A stretch of DNA of 47,715 bases, counting the filler, from Dirinaria sp. TL-2023a (lineage: Eukaryota): the NCBI GenBank assembly GCA_051941275.1. It is 2 parts of 2 records of this genome, joined end to end, with 100 filler letters (N's around TTAATTAATTAA, not from the genome) between each part and the next. Parts side by side here need not be neighbours in the genome. Positions count along the whole stretch, not along the records: positions 1 to 23,838 come from JAVEBF010000197.1; positions 23,939 to 47,715 come from JAVEBF010000198.1. One strand, 5' to 3'. Below the pieces are notes generated by a model. The model was not told the origin of the DNA. It did no database searches and saw only the letters and a program-made list of their open reading frames with translations. Shown piece after piece: positions 23,294-35,549 of the stretch. The position numbers and the translations under genes were made by a program. The first letter of the stretch is position 1, and every line of letters begins with the position of its first letter.

Positions 23294-23838
23294 GGTTCAT
23301 GTAGATAGATTTGAAGAACACCTGCAAACACTCCAACTTTGGCATTCCTTGGGATCCGAGAATCCCTTTTCTCATATTCCTCTCTCTATCTCACCTTGTC
23401 CTGTCTTGTGTACTTACACAAATTTAAAACCGTAATGTCTCATCTCAGTGGATCCTTCTCCAGGTGGTCACACAGCTATTTTCAGCCTTGGCCATGACCG
23501 GCGAGCAAAAGCCTTATCCATTCAAAGGCACCTCCCAGCTTCTATCTATACTATACACTAAATACTCTCCGCAGATCCTTGCTAAAGATCTATTACCTCG
23601 TACCGACCTCACACCTGGGCGGGCGACTGTTGACCAATGAGCCCATTGCCTTCATTTCGCCCAGCTGCTGAGCCGACACGGCGTTCAAGTTTACCTCAAT
23701 CTAGAGATTGGCAAGGGCACCGTAACCCATTTTACATTGCGAGTACGACCGGCTCAACCCAATTGACGGTCTCCTTTCCTTTCGCGCCAGACCCTTCACT
23801 ATGCTTTAGTCCTCTCAAACTGCAAGAGATAGCATGTC

Positions 23839-23938
23839 NNNNNNNNNNNNNNNNNNNNNNNNNNNNNNNNNNNNNNNNNNNNTTAATTAATTAANNNNNN
23901 NNNNNNNNNNNNNNNNNNNNNNNNNNNNNNNNNNNNNN
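23839..23938. other. Artificial contig-concatenation linker (44 N + TTAATTAATTAA + 44 N)
   Basis: Exactly 100 nt and symmetric. The central palindromic 12-mer (23883-23894) places TAA stops in all six frames. Confidence 0.97.
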
Positions 23939-24028
23939 CCCTAACCCTAACCCTAACCCTAACCCTAACCCTAACCCTAACCCTAACCCTAACCCTAACC
24001 CTAACCCTAACCCTAACCCTAACCCTAA
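23939..24028. repeat. Telomeric repeat (CCCTAA)15, left chromosome end
   Basis: 15 perfect CCCTAA units at the very start of the contig, C-rich strand at the 5' end as expected for a true left telomere. TTAGGG is the usual Pezizomycotina telomere unit. Confidence 0.95.
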
Positions 24029-24029
24029 A

Positions 24030-24450
24030 TTTTGCTTGTTGCTTACGAGTCAATGCCATCGTGAAATTAGCTTCACTCACTACCTCCCGGGAGTCGCACT
24101 CCATAGTACAAAACTTGCACTCGCCATAACTTTCGCAATTCTTCATCGATTTTGATCACCGACGCCTCGTTGGAATGCCCTCGTCCAGCTTTACCATCTT
24201 TGCATACAACATTTTATCCCGCGGTCGCTGCTTTGTTTGTTGCTTTGCTAGCAAACGATTGCCATTGTTAAACTAACTTACTTAACTAACTCCCGAGTCC
24301 CGAGAGTCGCAATTCATAGTACAAAACTTGCACTCGCAATAACTTTTGCAATCCTTAATCGTTTTGGATCAACGAGGCCTCGTTCGAATGCCCTCGTCGA
24401 GCTCTACAACTTTTACGTGAAAAATTTTGCGACGTAAGGGCTGCTTGCTA
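24030..24450. repeat. Telomere-adjacent diverged tandem duplication, period ~213 bp (2 copies)
   Basis: CATAGTACAAAACTTGCACTCGC occurs at 24102 and 24315. The ungapped alignment extends ~130 nt, with 86 of the first 100 positions identical by hand count. Confidence 0.88.
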
Positions 24451-24928
24451 GCAGAGTTTCAATTGGATTTAGATCCGAAAACGAATTGGATTTGGACCAG
24501 AAAGCGGCTATGACTCAGCAGTCCGGACCAATCGGAATTGACCCCGAATTGGATTTGGGCCCAAAACCACTTGGAACTATGGTTAGCATATAACAAATCT
24601 GTTACAAAACTCATCTCATTGATTACATCGCGAAAGCTTTTATGAGTCAACAACATATGCTTTTACACGATACAATTGCTAGAAAATTAGAGCATCCATC
24701 GTCGAAGCTTGAATTCGAAGGGGAAGGTGGTGTCACGAATTCAGCGTCCAATATTCGTGTTTAGGGGTTCTCTACACCTAGATCACTATTGTCTATATAT
24801 GGGGCCTTCAGCACCCATAGTACTTTCCTCCTCATGTCTGGTATTCTCGTACATAGTCATAGTACCTTCAGTATCATGCCTTCTGCCTATAGGTGCTGTT
24901 ATTCCCTTACACTAAGAATGTGAGAGAT

Positions 24929-26236
24929 TTACAACAGGTTTGCGAGAACACTATGTGGCAATACTGAGTCTTGCATATCGCTTCTAGTCCTGCGCATCAT
25001 TGGGTACATATACCCTGGCACTGTCCAGACCATAAAAGCGAAAACCCAAGCGCGGCCAATTGCTTTCACACTAGACCTTCGCGGATCACAGAGCCGTTGT
25101 AGTAAGGGACTTGATCGATAGATGGCGAAAATGGAGTCTTCCAGGACGATGCCAAAGGCTTGCGTACAAAAAAACCTTATTGCACCCGACTCATGCCAGG
25201 GTATTCCACCCGAGATATCTATGCCTAGGTGTATTATACCCGAAATGAGGAATACAAGCCAAAGACGAATGAACTTGGTCGTCGGATGCACGGCGTTCAG
25301 ATTGAAAACATTGATAAGGAGGAAGTCTGCTGGCTCAGAGATTATTAGGAGGTTGTTCTGGTGCCAGAAGACGCTGTAACTCGATCAGAAGGAGCCAAGC
25401 ACGACACGATGCTTTCCTAAAACTTACCTCCAGAATCTACGAATCGAATATGCGTTCGCTATTGACCCGAACCTTGGTCTCCAGTGCCTAGCTTCGCTCA
25501 AACCAAGGCCAACAGCAATAAATGCTAAAATACTTTGGAAACCTTCTTGGACACAGTATAAACCCAAACCAGCTCCAACTGTGGCAGCAATTCTCATCGT
25601 GAGTTCTTCACTTGATATTTCAGTGAGTCGGATTAAGAAAGGGACTTTTGTGAAGTGAAAGTATGTTCTGTTCTTTTCTTCGTCGTTGCTTTGATCCATC
25701 AAGTCTATGATCAAGTAACAGGCCAAGATCTTCATCGCAGTTTGCCACAAGAATGTATATCTTGGGGGAACATAGCTCTTGTCTTTTGCTGAGAAGTGCG
25801 GTACGTTCTTAACTTCACGCTCGGTGCCTGTCCAGCGAAATGAAGAAGCGGCTGAAAGGCCAAATCGGAGTCTTAACCAGAAGAGTTGAGTTAATGATGA
25901 TAACCCGCTGTGAATTGGTTTTTGCTTTGGATGAGTACTTTCCACAATTTGATTTGAAATTGTCGAGGAATTGAGACCGTTTTCCTCGTAGCTCCACCCA
26001 CTGAGAAGAGCGAGTGCAACATAGTGGAACAAATACGTGACGGAATATCCTCCCACCGTGGCTGCCCAGGGGCCGCGTACCAAAGCTGTCTTGCTTGCTG
26101 CTACGCAAATGGTGCAACTAAGAATCTCTATAGGCAAAAAAGCACCTCGGTAGAAAGACTTAGATGAGGTAAAGCCAACGATGAAGGCGGTCGTACTAAA
26201 TTGAAAGACTAGAAGAATGATGGGGTGAGGTAACAT
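24929..26236 (-). CDS. Membrane-bound O-acyltransferase (MBOAT_2 / wax synthase / TRI7-like; 2 exons)
   Basis: Multi-TM protein with WRPRFGSIANAYSIRRFW|SVFWHQ across intron 25427-25374, catalytic-His region VFLISGIIH, and FFCTQAFGIVLED...IGRAWV. Confidence 0.88.
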
Positions 26237-26623
26237 ATTTTAATCGAGAGACCCTTAAGAAGACCCTAACACTTCAAAGTCTACACAGGTCAAAAGATGA
26301 AGATAAGGGTATGGTGACGTATGCAGTAAATGAAGCAGTTAATCATATAGAGTGATGCTATGCGACTGCCTGAGGAAAAAAGCATGCTGGTTAAGGGAGA
26401 TCTATTTGTGTGTAAACAAGAGAAGTCTTGTTGGATTCAGCCATACCATAGGCCGATATTTCCCCGGTATGCGGGTTAGCCGCCACCGGCTCCATGTGTA
26501 TGTAGTTCATCTGCCATAGACCTTTCCTTCCTCAATGCTATTGATTGATTGATTACGTCATTAGGCACTCGGAACCCGTCCTATCAAGACTAGCTATGCA
26601 GCTTAATAGTCAAGTCTCATTCA

Positions 26624-28365
26624 TTAATACTTGATAGCACTAAATTGATTCAGGACGTCTATTTTCCAACTCACTGCATCCCCCATATTCGTCAGTGATT
26701 TCGTCCATTTTCTGTTGGGCAGAACTAGTTTCTCGTCCTCGCAAAAGATCGAGCATGCGGGGCTGTCAGCTAACCTACGGTCACGGTGATGAAGTGAGAT
26801 AGGGACCTTGCTACTGGAAGCCGTCGGAGGCGATGCTTGGATCAAGATAGGGGAGGAATGATCTCGAGCGTCCGTGGAGCAGATTTCCGAACGATCAACA
26901 AAGAAACACCGTTGCTCAGATAAAGACTTCTCATTAATAGTGTCCCTTTTCTGCAGCTTCTTCATCACAACTGCTGGCGCCTTCCCTTTTCCGACGTCCT
27001 GCATGATAGTTGCGACACTGTGGTTTGAAATATCTCCTGAAGAACTAGCAGCACCGTAGTCATCTGAAAGGAGGTTGTCTAGAACTCCTGTCATGTCTGG
27101 GACAGCCTCTTGCACAGGGTCAGACTCATCGTCTGGTAGGGAGCGTGGAACTGGGACTGCACAGCCAGTATTTTTAAATTCGAATCTGCCTTTATCCTCC
27201 AAAATCTCTTCACCAATCTTCTCGAGCTGCTTTGGACTTTGCGACATGATTACACCTTCCGTGAAGACTGGGTGCGTATCTAGGGCAGGTACTGTGAATC
27301 GTCTGAAGATTAGATGCCCAGTTGATTGAGATCGGCGTACTGATTTGTGTATTGACCGTTGAAGTCAGCAGTCCTAATGAAAGCACTTCTCTGTTAAGAA
27401 TTACATTGTGTTCATATTTCAGATCAGAATTGAATTAAGATTCGCTTACCCTTTTTGCAGGACAGTACCACGCATCCCATGAGATTTTGGTTGCGGTCCC
27501 CGAAGACCCAGGTTCTTAGCGATGGTGATTCATCAGCTCCCTTGACAAGATAGGCAGTGTAACAGTAGAGACATCATTGACGTCGCTCAGACTTAAGCCT
27601 GACCAGGACGGAGGACCATAGGAGAAATTGGACGACTTTGAAGGTTCAACTTGAGTCTCAGCGATTTTTTGATAGACGGCGGAAGCTACTAGCTGATCAT
27701 CGAAGGCGAATTGGTGTTGCGCCACACGGCTGGCTGCACGACTTCTGTCAGCTTCGCTGAGCAACAGATTTTCCGGCGAGGTGTACGTGGAATGGAAGTC
27801 ATGTTGATGTTGGTTCGCAGGAGCTCCTTCACCAGGCTAGTCAGCTCACGCATGGAAGCTTCCGCGGAGTCAATCGAGGTACTGGAGGGAGACATTATAA
27901 GTCTGCTTTGAAAAGAAGCGAGCGCAGTTGGTACATACCAAGTGAATATAGTGAGCATGAAGTTCATCACGCCTTGGCTGACTGGAGCCGGAGCAGGAGC
28001 TTCGAGATACTCTTCTCCTTCATCGACCACTTCAGCCTATCTATAACCCGCATATGTTCAGCTGTCTGTAAAGAATCTAAAACCTGCTCGAGTTCCGAGA
28101 AGACGGACACACAGTCTGTGAGAATGACGACTATCTGTTCAATCATAATGAGCGACCGTCTAGCCCTTGCAGCCTTCTCTCTTCCCAACAGGAAGCCCTG
28201 CAGCTAGTGGAGGTAGGCATGGATACCCGATACTTCTTTGAGAATGTTTCGCGCAGAAGCGGAAGCCTATCCCGGACCATCAACAAAGGTCTTAAGTAGG
28301 TGAGCTGCTTGTATAGCGGCGGTGGTGATTCCAATGATGGATGCGGCGATTGACAATGGATACTT
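26624..28365 (-). pseudogene. Decayed gene with fungal N-terminal helical (HeLo-like / STAND N-terminal) domain
   Basis: Frame from 28365 reads KYPLSIAASIIGITTAA (cf. the common MDPLSIAASI start; ATG absent). In-frame TAG at 28267-28269 and 28204-28206, then LTDCVSVFSELE...DRLKW...LLRLQSAK, and a frameshift near 27967 before NFMLTIFT. Fragments continue in other frames. The 3' boundary (ORF 26624-27247) is uncertain. Confidence 0.7.
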
Positions 28366-29799
28366 AACGACTAAAGTCCAAAAGATTCAGTACTAATTCG
28401 GCTTGAATGAGCTGGTTGAAAGACTAGGAATGGATGGAGTTCGTAAGCGGAGGCTTGGACTCGTCACCAATCCACTCCTCTTGGCTGCAAAACAGACTGC
28501 GAAATACTATAATTCAAGAAGAAAGGCTTTCGAAGACAGCCTTCGAATGGTGAGGATTTTGAGACAATGATATGGAAATTCTCTCGAGAAGGGATGTTCC
28601 TTAGGTTTTGCGCAGAAAAAAGTATTGTCAGGATTAGTGCAACTTTTGACCACCGCGACCCGGGATCGGGGTCGTGGCCATTCTTCAACGGCGTCTTAAA
28701 TGCCTCATCCTTCTTCAGCCTCATATCTGCTTATCTGCGAGGGCACGATCATTGGTCCAATGCTCCAGAGCTTTATCAAATCCAGCCAGGATATCAAGCG
28801 AATGGTGAGAGTTCTCCCTAAAAGTTGGGCGTGCATCTCAATGGCAATCATTGACTTTCCGCCATTGACATCAGCGAGTAGAATTGGATCTCGAGCCGCT
28901 GAGAGAGAGACGATAATTGTCAGCCAAGCCTCTTTGCCTTGTCGCCTTCATTCTCATTGAGGGAAAAACTTAGGAAACAACGGTACAAAGCGATGACGAC
29001 ACACATGCAGGATTCAATAACGTTCTTGAAGCTGCGCTGACCTATCAATTCAATGCCTTCCCATAATTCGGGAAAATTCTTACTCAGCTGCACAGGTACG
29101 AGGAAAAACACACTTGACGCTTAAACTCCGTGATGGCTTGACTGACAATTTTCCTTCCGATGAACCATCCTGCATTTCAAGAAAAGTATTGCTAATCGAA
29201 ACGCGCCAAAGCTCGCTAGGTTCACTTTCGGGTCGCTTTCTCAGTCCAGAGTCTTCTCTCAAGGCTCATGACAGAGCGGCAGTACTGGATCAAACTTCAG
29301 TGCAAAAAGAAGCGTGCTGTGGGATTGTTGCTGAGTGACCCAGACTGAAAGGAGAGCAGTCCAAGCTCGACCTCCTAGATCTATATATTTCATTCAGCTT
29401 GGGTCTGGTTAGAGTGGTTAGAGTAATTTTGATCAGCTTTTAGAGTCATCTCGTCATTAGAAAGTTCAGAGGCTTCGCTTCGGGGAAAGGAGAAAGAACT
29501 AGCCACTGAGAGTACATTAGATGAGGCGAAACCAGCAATGGATATTGCAGTGCATTAAGTATGTAACAACTCATCAGGCCAGATAAAAAGGATCTCCGCG
29601 AGATTGCTGTTTGGTTGCAGTCCATTAAAACTTATCTTGATCGATGATGGGCTATGGGCTATCTAGTGATTCCTTCGTCAGCATTCTGATCAAAGCTGAC
29701 CAAGGTGAAAGGAGTAGAAGATGAAGTGGTTCTTCTGACGGCTTCGTTACCATTAAAAAGGTAATAATATGTTGGCATGAACTTCTTGTTTTCGTTACA

Positions 29800-31227
29800 C
29801 TAAGTATACCAAGTAGGCGTCGGTATCTGTCCCTCCAAAACGTATCTTCCCAATTCTTCCTTCTTGTAGGCCACCGGATCATGCAATGTATGTGTCCTGA
29901 CATCCCTCCAAAATCTGTCTAAGCCCACCTTTGCCGCGGTCGCTCTGGCGCCCGTAACTTCAAAGACGCCATTCGTGACACGAAGTGCGGTATCTGTGGC
30001 AAATACCTTGACGCTAGCCACCCACTCGGCCACTTCTCCGCGCTCTGCTACGGTGATATCTCGCTTCTTACTTCGGTGCAGATAAATATCCCGAATACGG
30101 TCACCAGCAACGTCTGCAAGAGCCTCGGCCGCCCGTAGGTGTGCGAAGAAGGAGCCATACCGTTGCAAGATATATGGCTCTTCTACGCCGGACGCGGCGG
30201 GTCTAGGAGTGTACGGCCAGGGTCGCGTATTCTTAGATGTGTACGAGGACGCAAAATCGAGGGCTCCAATGGCAATACCAATGTAGAAATTGGAAAAGAC
30301 GAGCTGAATGCTACGTAAAATTTTCATTAGTTCTCATATCATCCCTCGTCTTCTTACCTCCCACTGAGCATACTTACGTGGGCAGTAGAAGTGTCGCCCA
30401 TGGAATGGTTAGCACGCTTGCAATGGGTTCTTTTGTCTTCTCATCCCAGCCAAGAGCGTCTCTCCAGGGTACTCTGACATTCTCGATTGAGACACTATCG
30501 GATTCGGTCAAACGAAGGCCCATGTTGTCCCAGTCATGCAAAAACCTGATCCCCGGTTGTTGCGTAGGCGCCAGAGCAAATATGTGTTTATCGGTCCCTT
30601 CGTAAACCTGTGCTACTGGTTATTCGGAGGTTTTATATACTGAGAGGGTTCATTCAATCCTACTCCTTCCAGCACAGTCAGATCAGAGACTACGCTGCCA
30701 GTATTAAAATGCTTGAATCCATTGAATACGATGTGGTCACCAGCATCTGTAATTCTTTGATCATTGTCGCGCGGATTGACAGCGCCACCGACGAAGTAAT
30801 TGTTCTTGATGATCAATTCCTGTGTGCGCTCGTGCTGATCATCGGTGCCCACAACAGCTGATGTCCACGACCATAGGAGGTGATATCCCAGCAGCTGCCC
30901 CAAAGATCCGTCGGCTTTAGCGACCTCTCGAACCACCTTATATCCCACGTCCCAGCCTTGATCACCACCACCGTACTTTGCAGGCCCGAGAACTTTGGTT
31001 AACGCAGATGCCTTAAGTAGAAACACTTCGGCAATTGGGCTCTGATTGTCTTTCTCTCGAACCGCTGCGTCTACAGCCAGAATATTTGCCACTTGCTTTG
31101 CGCGTTGGATCCATGCCTTGGGTTCAGATGGAAGTGGTGATTCCTCGAAAACCTTACTTTGTTTGTGATACACAGCTGGATCCGTTGACGGCGGTGGAGC
31201 TGTCGTATTCTCATTCTGAGTGGCCAT
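29800..31227 (-). CDS. Acyl-CoA dehydrogenase-fold flavin-dependent monooxygenase, DszC/SfnB-like (3 exons)
   Basis: GPAKYGGG, VAKADGSLGQLLGYH, FNGFKHFNTG, DWDNMGLRLTES, YIGIAIGAL and FEVTGARAT...GLDRFWRDVRTHTLHDPVAYK motifs; two GT-AG introns. Confidence 0.9.
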
Positions 31228-32696
31228 TACATTACATTCGACTCTGTATTCGGAGAAGAGGGGATATTCAGCTGTTATATGACCCCACTCCGCTACATCA
31301 ATTGAGTTTGACAGGTGAATGATGCCTTGTGTGCTGCAGTCGTCGCTTCTAGGCCCAGACGAGATCTAGAAAACAGTAAATAGCGATTTTAATTGTCTTA
31401 TCTGTATACTTTGGGCTAGCGTGGTGTAGAAAGCCTGGTCAGAGCCGAGTCCTACGGAAGCTTCAATTGATCAAACACTTTTTCATCTGTGACGCAATTC
31501 TTCGTTAGACTGTATATTTCGGGGATTCATGTTCACCCAGTAAAGGAGCTTGTCGAGCGATCCAAACTTCCTTCGAAGCGATGATCTGCGTGTACTTCCC
31601 CCACCCTAGAAATGTCTGCAAGCACGCCATTCCACGACCTGCTTTCGTGACGAGACTCGTTCCGAAATCGAGCTAGATTACTTCAAAGGATGCCGCAATA
31701 ATGCTTCGTAGCAGAATAATAATATATGTACTGTAGTCGTCGTTTACAAGCTATTAGACAGTATGTTAGATGCTCGTCTGTCTCCAAACTTTCACTGGTA
31801 AGTTCATTGGGACATCGATGAAAAAATTATCCGCAAACCAGAAAGCTACTGATGACATCGCAGCACTCCGGTTTTGAGAAGCAGATGAACTGGACATGAT
31901 GATGTAGTTGACGAATATATGAAGCACGATGAGAAGTATTGTTTTTGAGCTTCGTGTTGGACTGAAATTAGACCTGATGGTTTTGAGCACGCAACATGAT
32001 AAGGCCTGCACAATACTAGCGTCTTGGCATAACTTCGCCGAGGATATGACGTCTTGAGTAATACTCTTGGCACATGTGACAAGAAAACCATATTCAGATA
32101 CTTTTCAGTCTCATATATCTTCTTGACAGCTTCGTTCCCACCATTCTCTTCATGACTCTGAAAATATCTTGTTCAAAAGCTTGGAGCAGTGCAGATCACA
32201 TACAGAATTGAAATGAGAAGACTTTTCAATGTTCCACATGCGCTTTAGACGCTGGCTATGGAAACTCTGAACGATATCAACTTGATCGTCTATCGTACGA
32301 CCGCGATACACGTCAAGTTCGGTCAGCGTGTGATGTCTTACCCAACTCATGCGATCGTCACGACCCGGCAAAGAGCATTTGACAGCCAGGACTTGCACAA
32401 CCAAATCAGATTTTTGCTATGACAATATTCCCAAGTATTGATTGATGATATGTTGGAAAAAGCCTAGCTAATAGAGGGGAGTAGATAGACTGATTAGTAC
32501 GAAATCTTTTTGATGGCTGCGCTGGTCATCTCCTCAGCTGCGACCCGGCAATCTCAAAACTCAAACTTAAACTTGGCCGAAAGAATGATGCAGAATGCGC
32601 TAGCTGTCTCAGCGAAAGCGTTTGAGCACAGATTGGTTTTAGGCCAGTCATAGCTGAGGGCCGTACATCTTCCCGTCCGTCCTTAGCATCTGAAGC

Positions 32697-33621
32697 TCAC
32701 TCACCCGAAACATCTTTTCCAAGACGGCCTGCAGTTGAAGCCAGCCGACCTTTTCTCGCGTCTACCAGTGGGTCAACCCAGCGTAGATTGCCATCTTCGG
32801 ACCGTATAGGGAAAGCCGAGGACGCTGTCAGAGACGGTCAATAACATGTTTGGATCGAAACACAACGAGCCCTATGACTTACCAAGACCCACAGGTTGAT
32901 GGTTGACGTAAATGTTCTCCCAGTCTCCAGCTGGCGACTCGTACATCTCGTGCATGATCCCCAGGTGATTATATTTCTTGATGGTTTTATTGTACAATTC
33001 CCATCCGCGACGATGGACTGGCGAGTGCGCCCATGCCATCACATCCTCAGTGGACCGAAAATACCACACAGACTTCAATTCTGAACGGGTCGTCCTCTGA
33101 CCGGAATTGAGGAGGAATTCAGAGCCCAGAAAGCCATTCTGAGCGGCGTTCGCTTCAAGATCATCCCGCATGATCGTGAAATTATGGAATATGCCTCGAG
33201 CCCCTGGCGCAGCGACACTGAGGGGATGGTTGACGCGAAACCCGAGGATGAACACACAGACACCTTCACCGCCCTTGCCAACTGAGGCGCGCGAGAAGCT
33301 ACCTTGTTCGTCGGGCACCAAAGCAGTACATTTGGTTTGTACAACATTGTCCATATAGATGTTCCTTTTCAGACCAAAGCTCATCATCAGGGCATCTACT
33401 ACTTGCCACACCAGGAGGGTAACAGCCGGTGCAACCGCATAGAGCGTGCGAATTGGAAGAGCTACGAGAAGAGCCTGGAGCACAGCACCCAAAAGCAGCC
33501 ACGTCGTGATGGTGAACTGATCACGGAGGAAGTTGTGTCCAAATGCTACTGATTCACGACCAAGTAGGGGCCTGGCTGGCAATGGGCTTCCCGCGAGAGC
33601 GCTGTACTGTTGTACAGTCAT
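32697..33621 (-). CDS. Af470-like monooxygenase (DUF4188 family; 2 exons)
   Basis: N-terminal TM segment, VFILGFRVNHPL...APG, WYFRSTEDVMAWAHSPVHRRGW, and HLGIMHEMYESPAGDWENIYVNHQPVGL. Intron 32882-32825, then WVDPLVDARKGRLASTAGRLG. Confidence 0.85.
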
Positions 33622-35549
33622 TATCGTTGATCTGCTGCCTGGCAGTGCACTCAGGGCTAGAGAGAAAGCTAAACAGTTCTGAAAAGTACGGCAGTTTGGG
33701 AGCCGGGTGATTTTGTACAGTACCTCGCTCTCGAGGGCATACGATCACAATTTTCAAAGAGGTGAAAATGTGAAAAGAAATGACGACTCTGACTTGTAGT
33801 TCGATTAGGTGCGACCGCAGTGCCCGTTAAATTATCCTTCTGCTGTGCCGCATCACGTGTCTGACGACTCTATTAGCCTCGAAACTTGAAACCGTATGCG
33901 GTTAGAGCTGTGGCAATTGAAATGCCTAATGCCCCTCGCTTTACCAAAATCAATAGTGAGCTGAAATTCTAGTCTTTCCATTCTCTTTTTATACTCCTTG
34001 ATTTAGCCTCTGTGAGTCATGCCCACACCTTCGATGTCCGTTTTTCTTCTTCTTTCCAGTTAAATGAATCCTTGCTCGAGGGTCTGGTTCTCATTATTAT
34101 TGAATTAATAGTGGAGAGTTGACTTTGTTGCCTTTTTTTCCTGAAACTCAGATACGTTGTAGCCGCTGCATATTCCCCATGGCCAGATCTGTCGAGATTA
34201 TCACGAAATTCATCTCTCCGAAGTAGTAAAGAGTATTTCTACTCAGTTCACGCCGACAAATAAAAAGTAGAAAAGACTTATAGGCTCCAGAGTTGTGTTG
34301 ACTTGTCTAATGACCTTGATCGCTACAGCAGGGAAGAAGTGCCTAAATTAGGTATACAATCCAATAGCAGCATACTCGAACCTTGGCACTGCACTGCCTA
34401 AAAAGTGATAAATAGTGCGGCCAAACACAGGGTAGCGTTGCACGGTTTCCAGTGGCTCATGTGTTAACGTGATCTTAAACTACGATCCGAGTTGACCTAT
34501 ACGATGGACGCCAAGGTTCGTTAATAGAATCCGAGAGTGGAGGTGACAGGGAAGCATCATCTCCGATCTCGTACAGGAGAGACAGCGTGCTCTAAAGCCA
34601 CTGAGGTGACTGACGCTTGGAGCGACGTCATGATGGATGACATTGAGCTATGCAAGGGAAGACGTGAAGACTTGGGACCGCCAAACCGCGTCGGCGGGAT
34701 GTGCAGCAAGCTTACCTATTCGACTGAATTGATATGAGTAAGGTTCGAGTGCGGCAACGAGCCCCTACACGTAAGCAGACACATACAGTGATTCGAAGTT
34801 GCAAAGAGGCTTCTACGCAACCAATGAGAGCAGCTATTTCACGACTCTGGTTGCTGCTCATCGATCAATTGGGTCGAGTACGGGCTATTATTGACCATGT
34901 GGTAAAGGCAACATGCATCACAATGTGGCGTCTCTTTTCAACGCAGCTCTTTACTTCTTCGCATGGGATCGCATGACATGCGTGACATCCTCCCCCATGA
35001 AAAGTTTTATATAAATCAGGATGACAAAAAGCTGACAAGACTCCGGAGCGCGTCCCGGATCCCGATGGCAAGCAAGTGTGGCATGCCAAGGCTTGGCATA
35101 TCTTGGCAACGTTCTCGAGACGCAGCAAAATCCTGAAAACTTGCCAATCACACGAGCTTGCTCCGACTGCCACAGGATACTTTGTACAGACTTGGCGTCT
35201 GACATAGCATTGACAAAGCCATCGTGGTAAAATAGAATATCTCTACCGCTCTCGTGGCTTCCCTTGTTGATGTTGCAGGACAACGCCGTCAATGGCGGGG
35301 AGGACTTGCTGGAACGCACGGATCTACAGCAGCGAGGGATTCTATGTGCCTCCGAATGTCACTGCAGCCATGGTTGTTGTTGAGATCCGATCGAGTCTGG
35401 CTTCTCGTGGAGTCTGGTCTTCGAGTTGAAATTGACATATAAAAAGATGGTCCTTTGTCTTGCTGGCTGCTCTTTTCTCATCATCATCAACCGGCTCCTA
35501 TTCCAGTACTTGGTTCATTCTAGATCAATCCATTTGAAGCCTTGCAGCA

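Noticed and set aside
23883..23894. TTAATTAATTAA as a piggyBac TTAA target or biological palindrome
   Set aside because: It is centred in a symmetric 44N+44N pad and gives six-frame stops, so it is a synthetic spacer.
24030..24560. Repeats as a CRISPR-like array
   Set aside because: Eukaryotic context, only two long diverged units, no regular repeat-spacer period, and no cas genes.
28186..28365. Stop-codon recoding or alternative genetic code to explain the in-frame TAGs
   Set aside because: Other genes in the window end at TAG normally, and the locus also lacks its start codon and has frameshifts, so decay is simpler.
28460..29340. Possible degraded gene remnant (similar patches at 31766-32404, 34865-35319 and 40642-41390)
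   Set aside because: Some protein-like fragments, but I could not assign a family or a consistent frame without a homology search.
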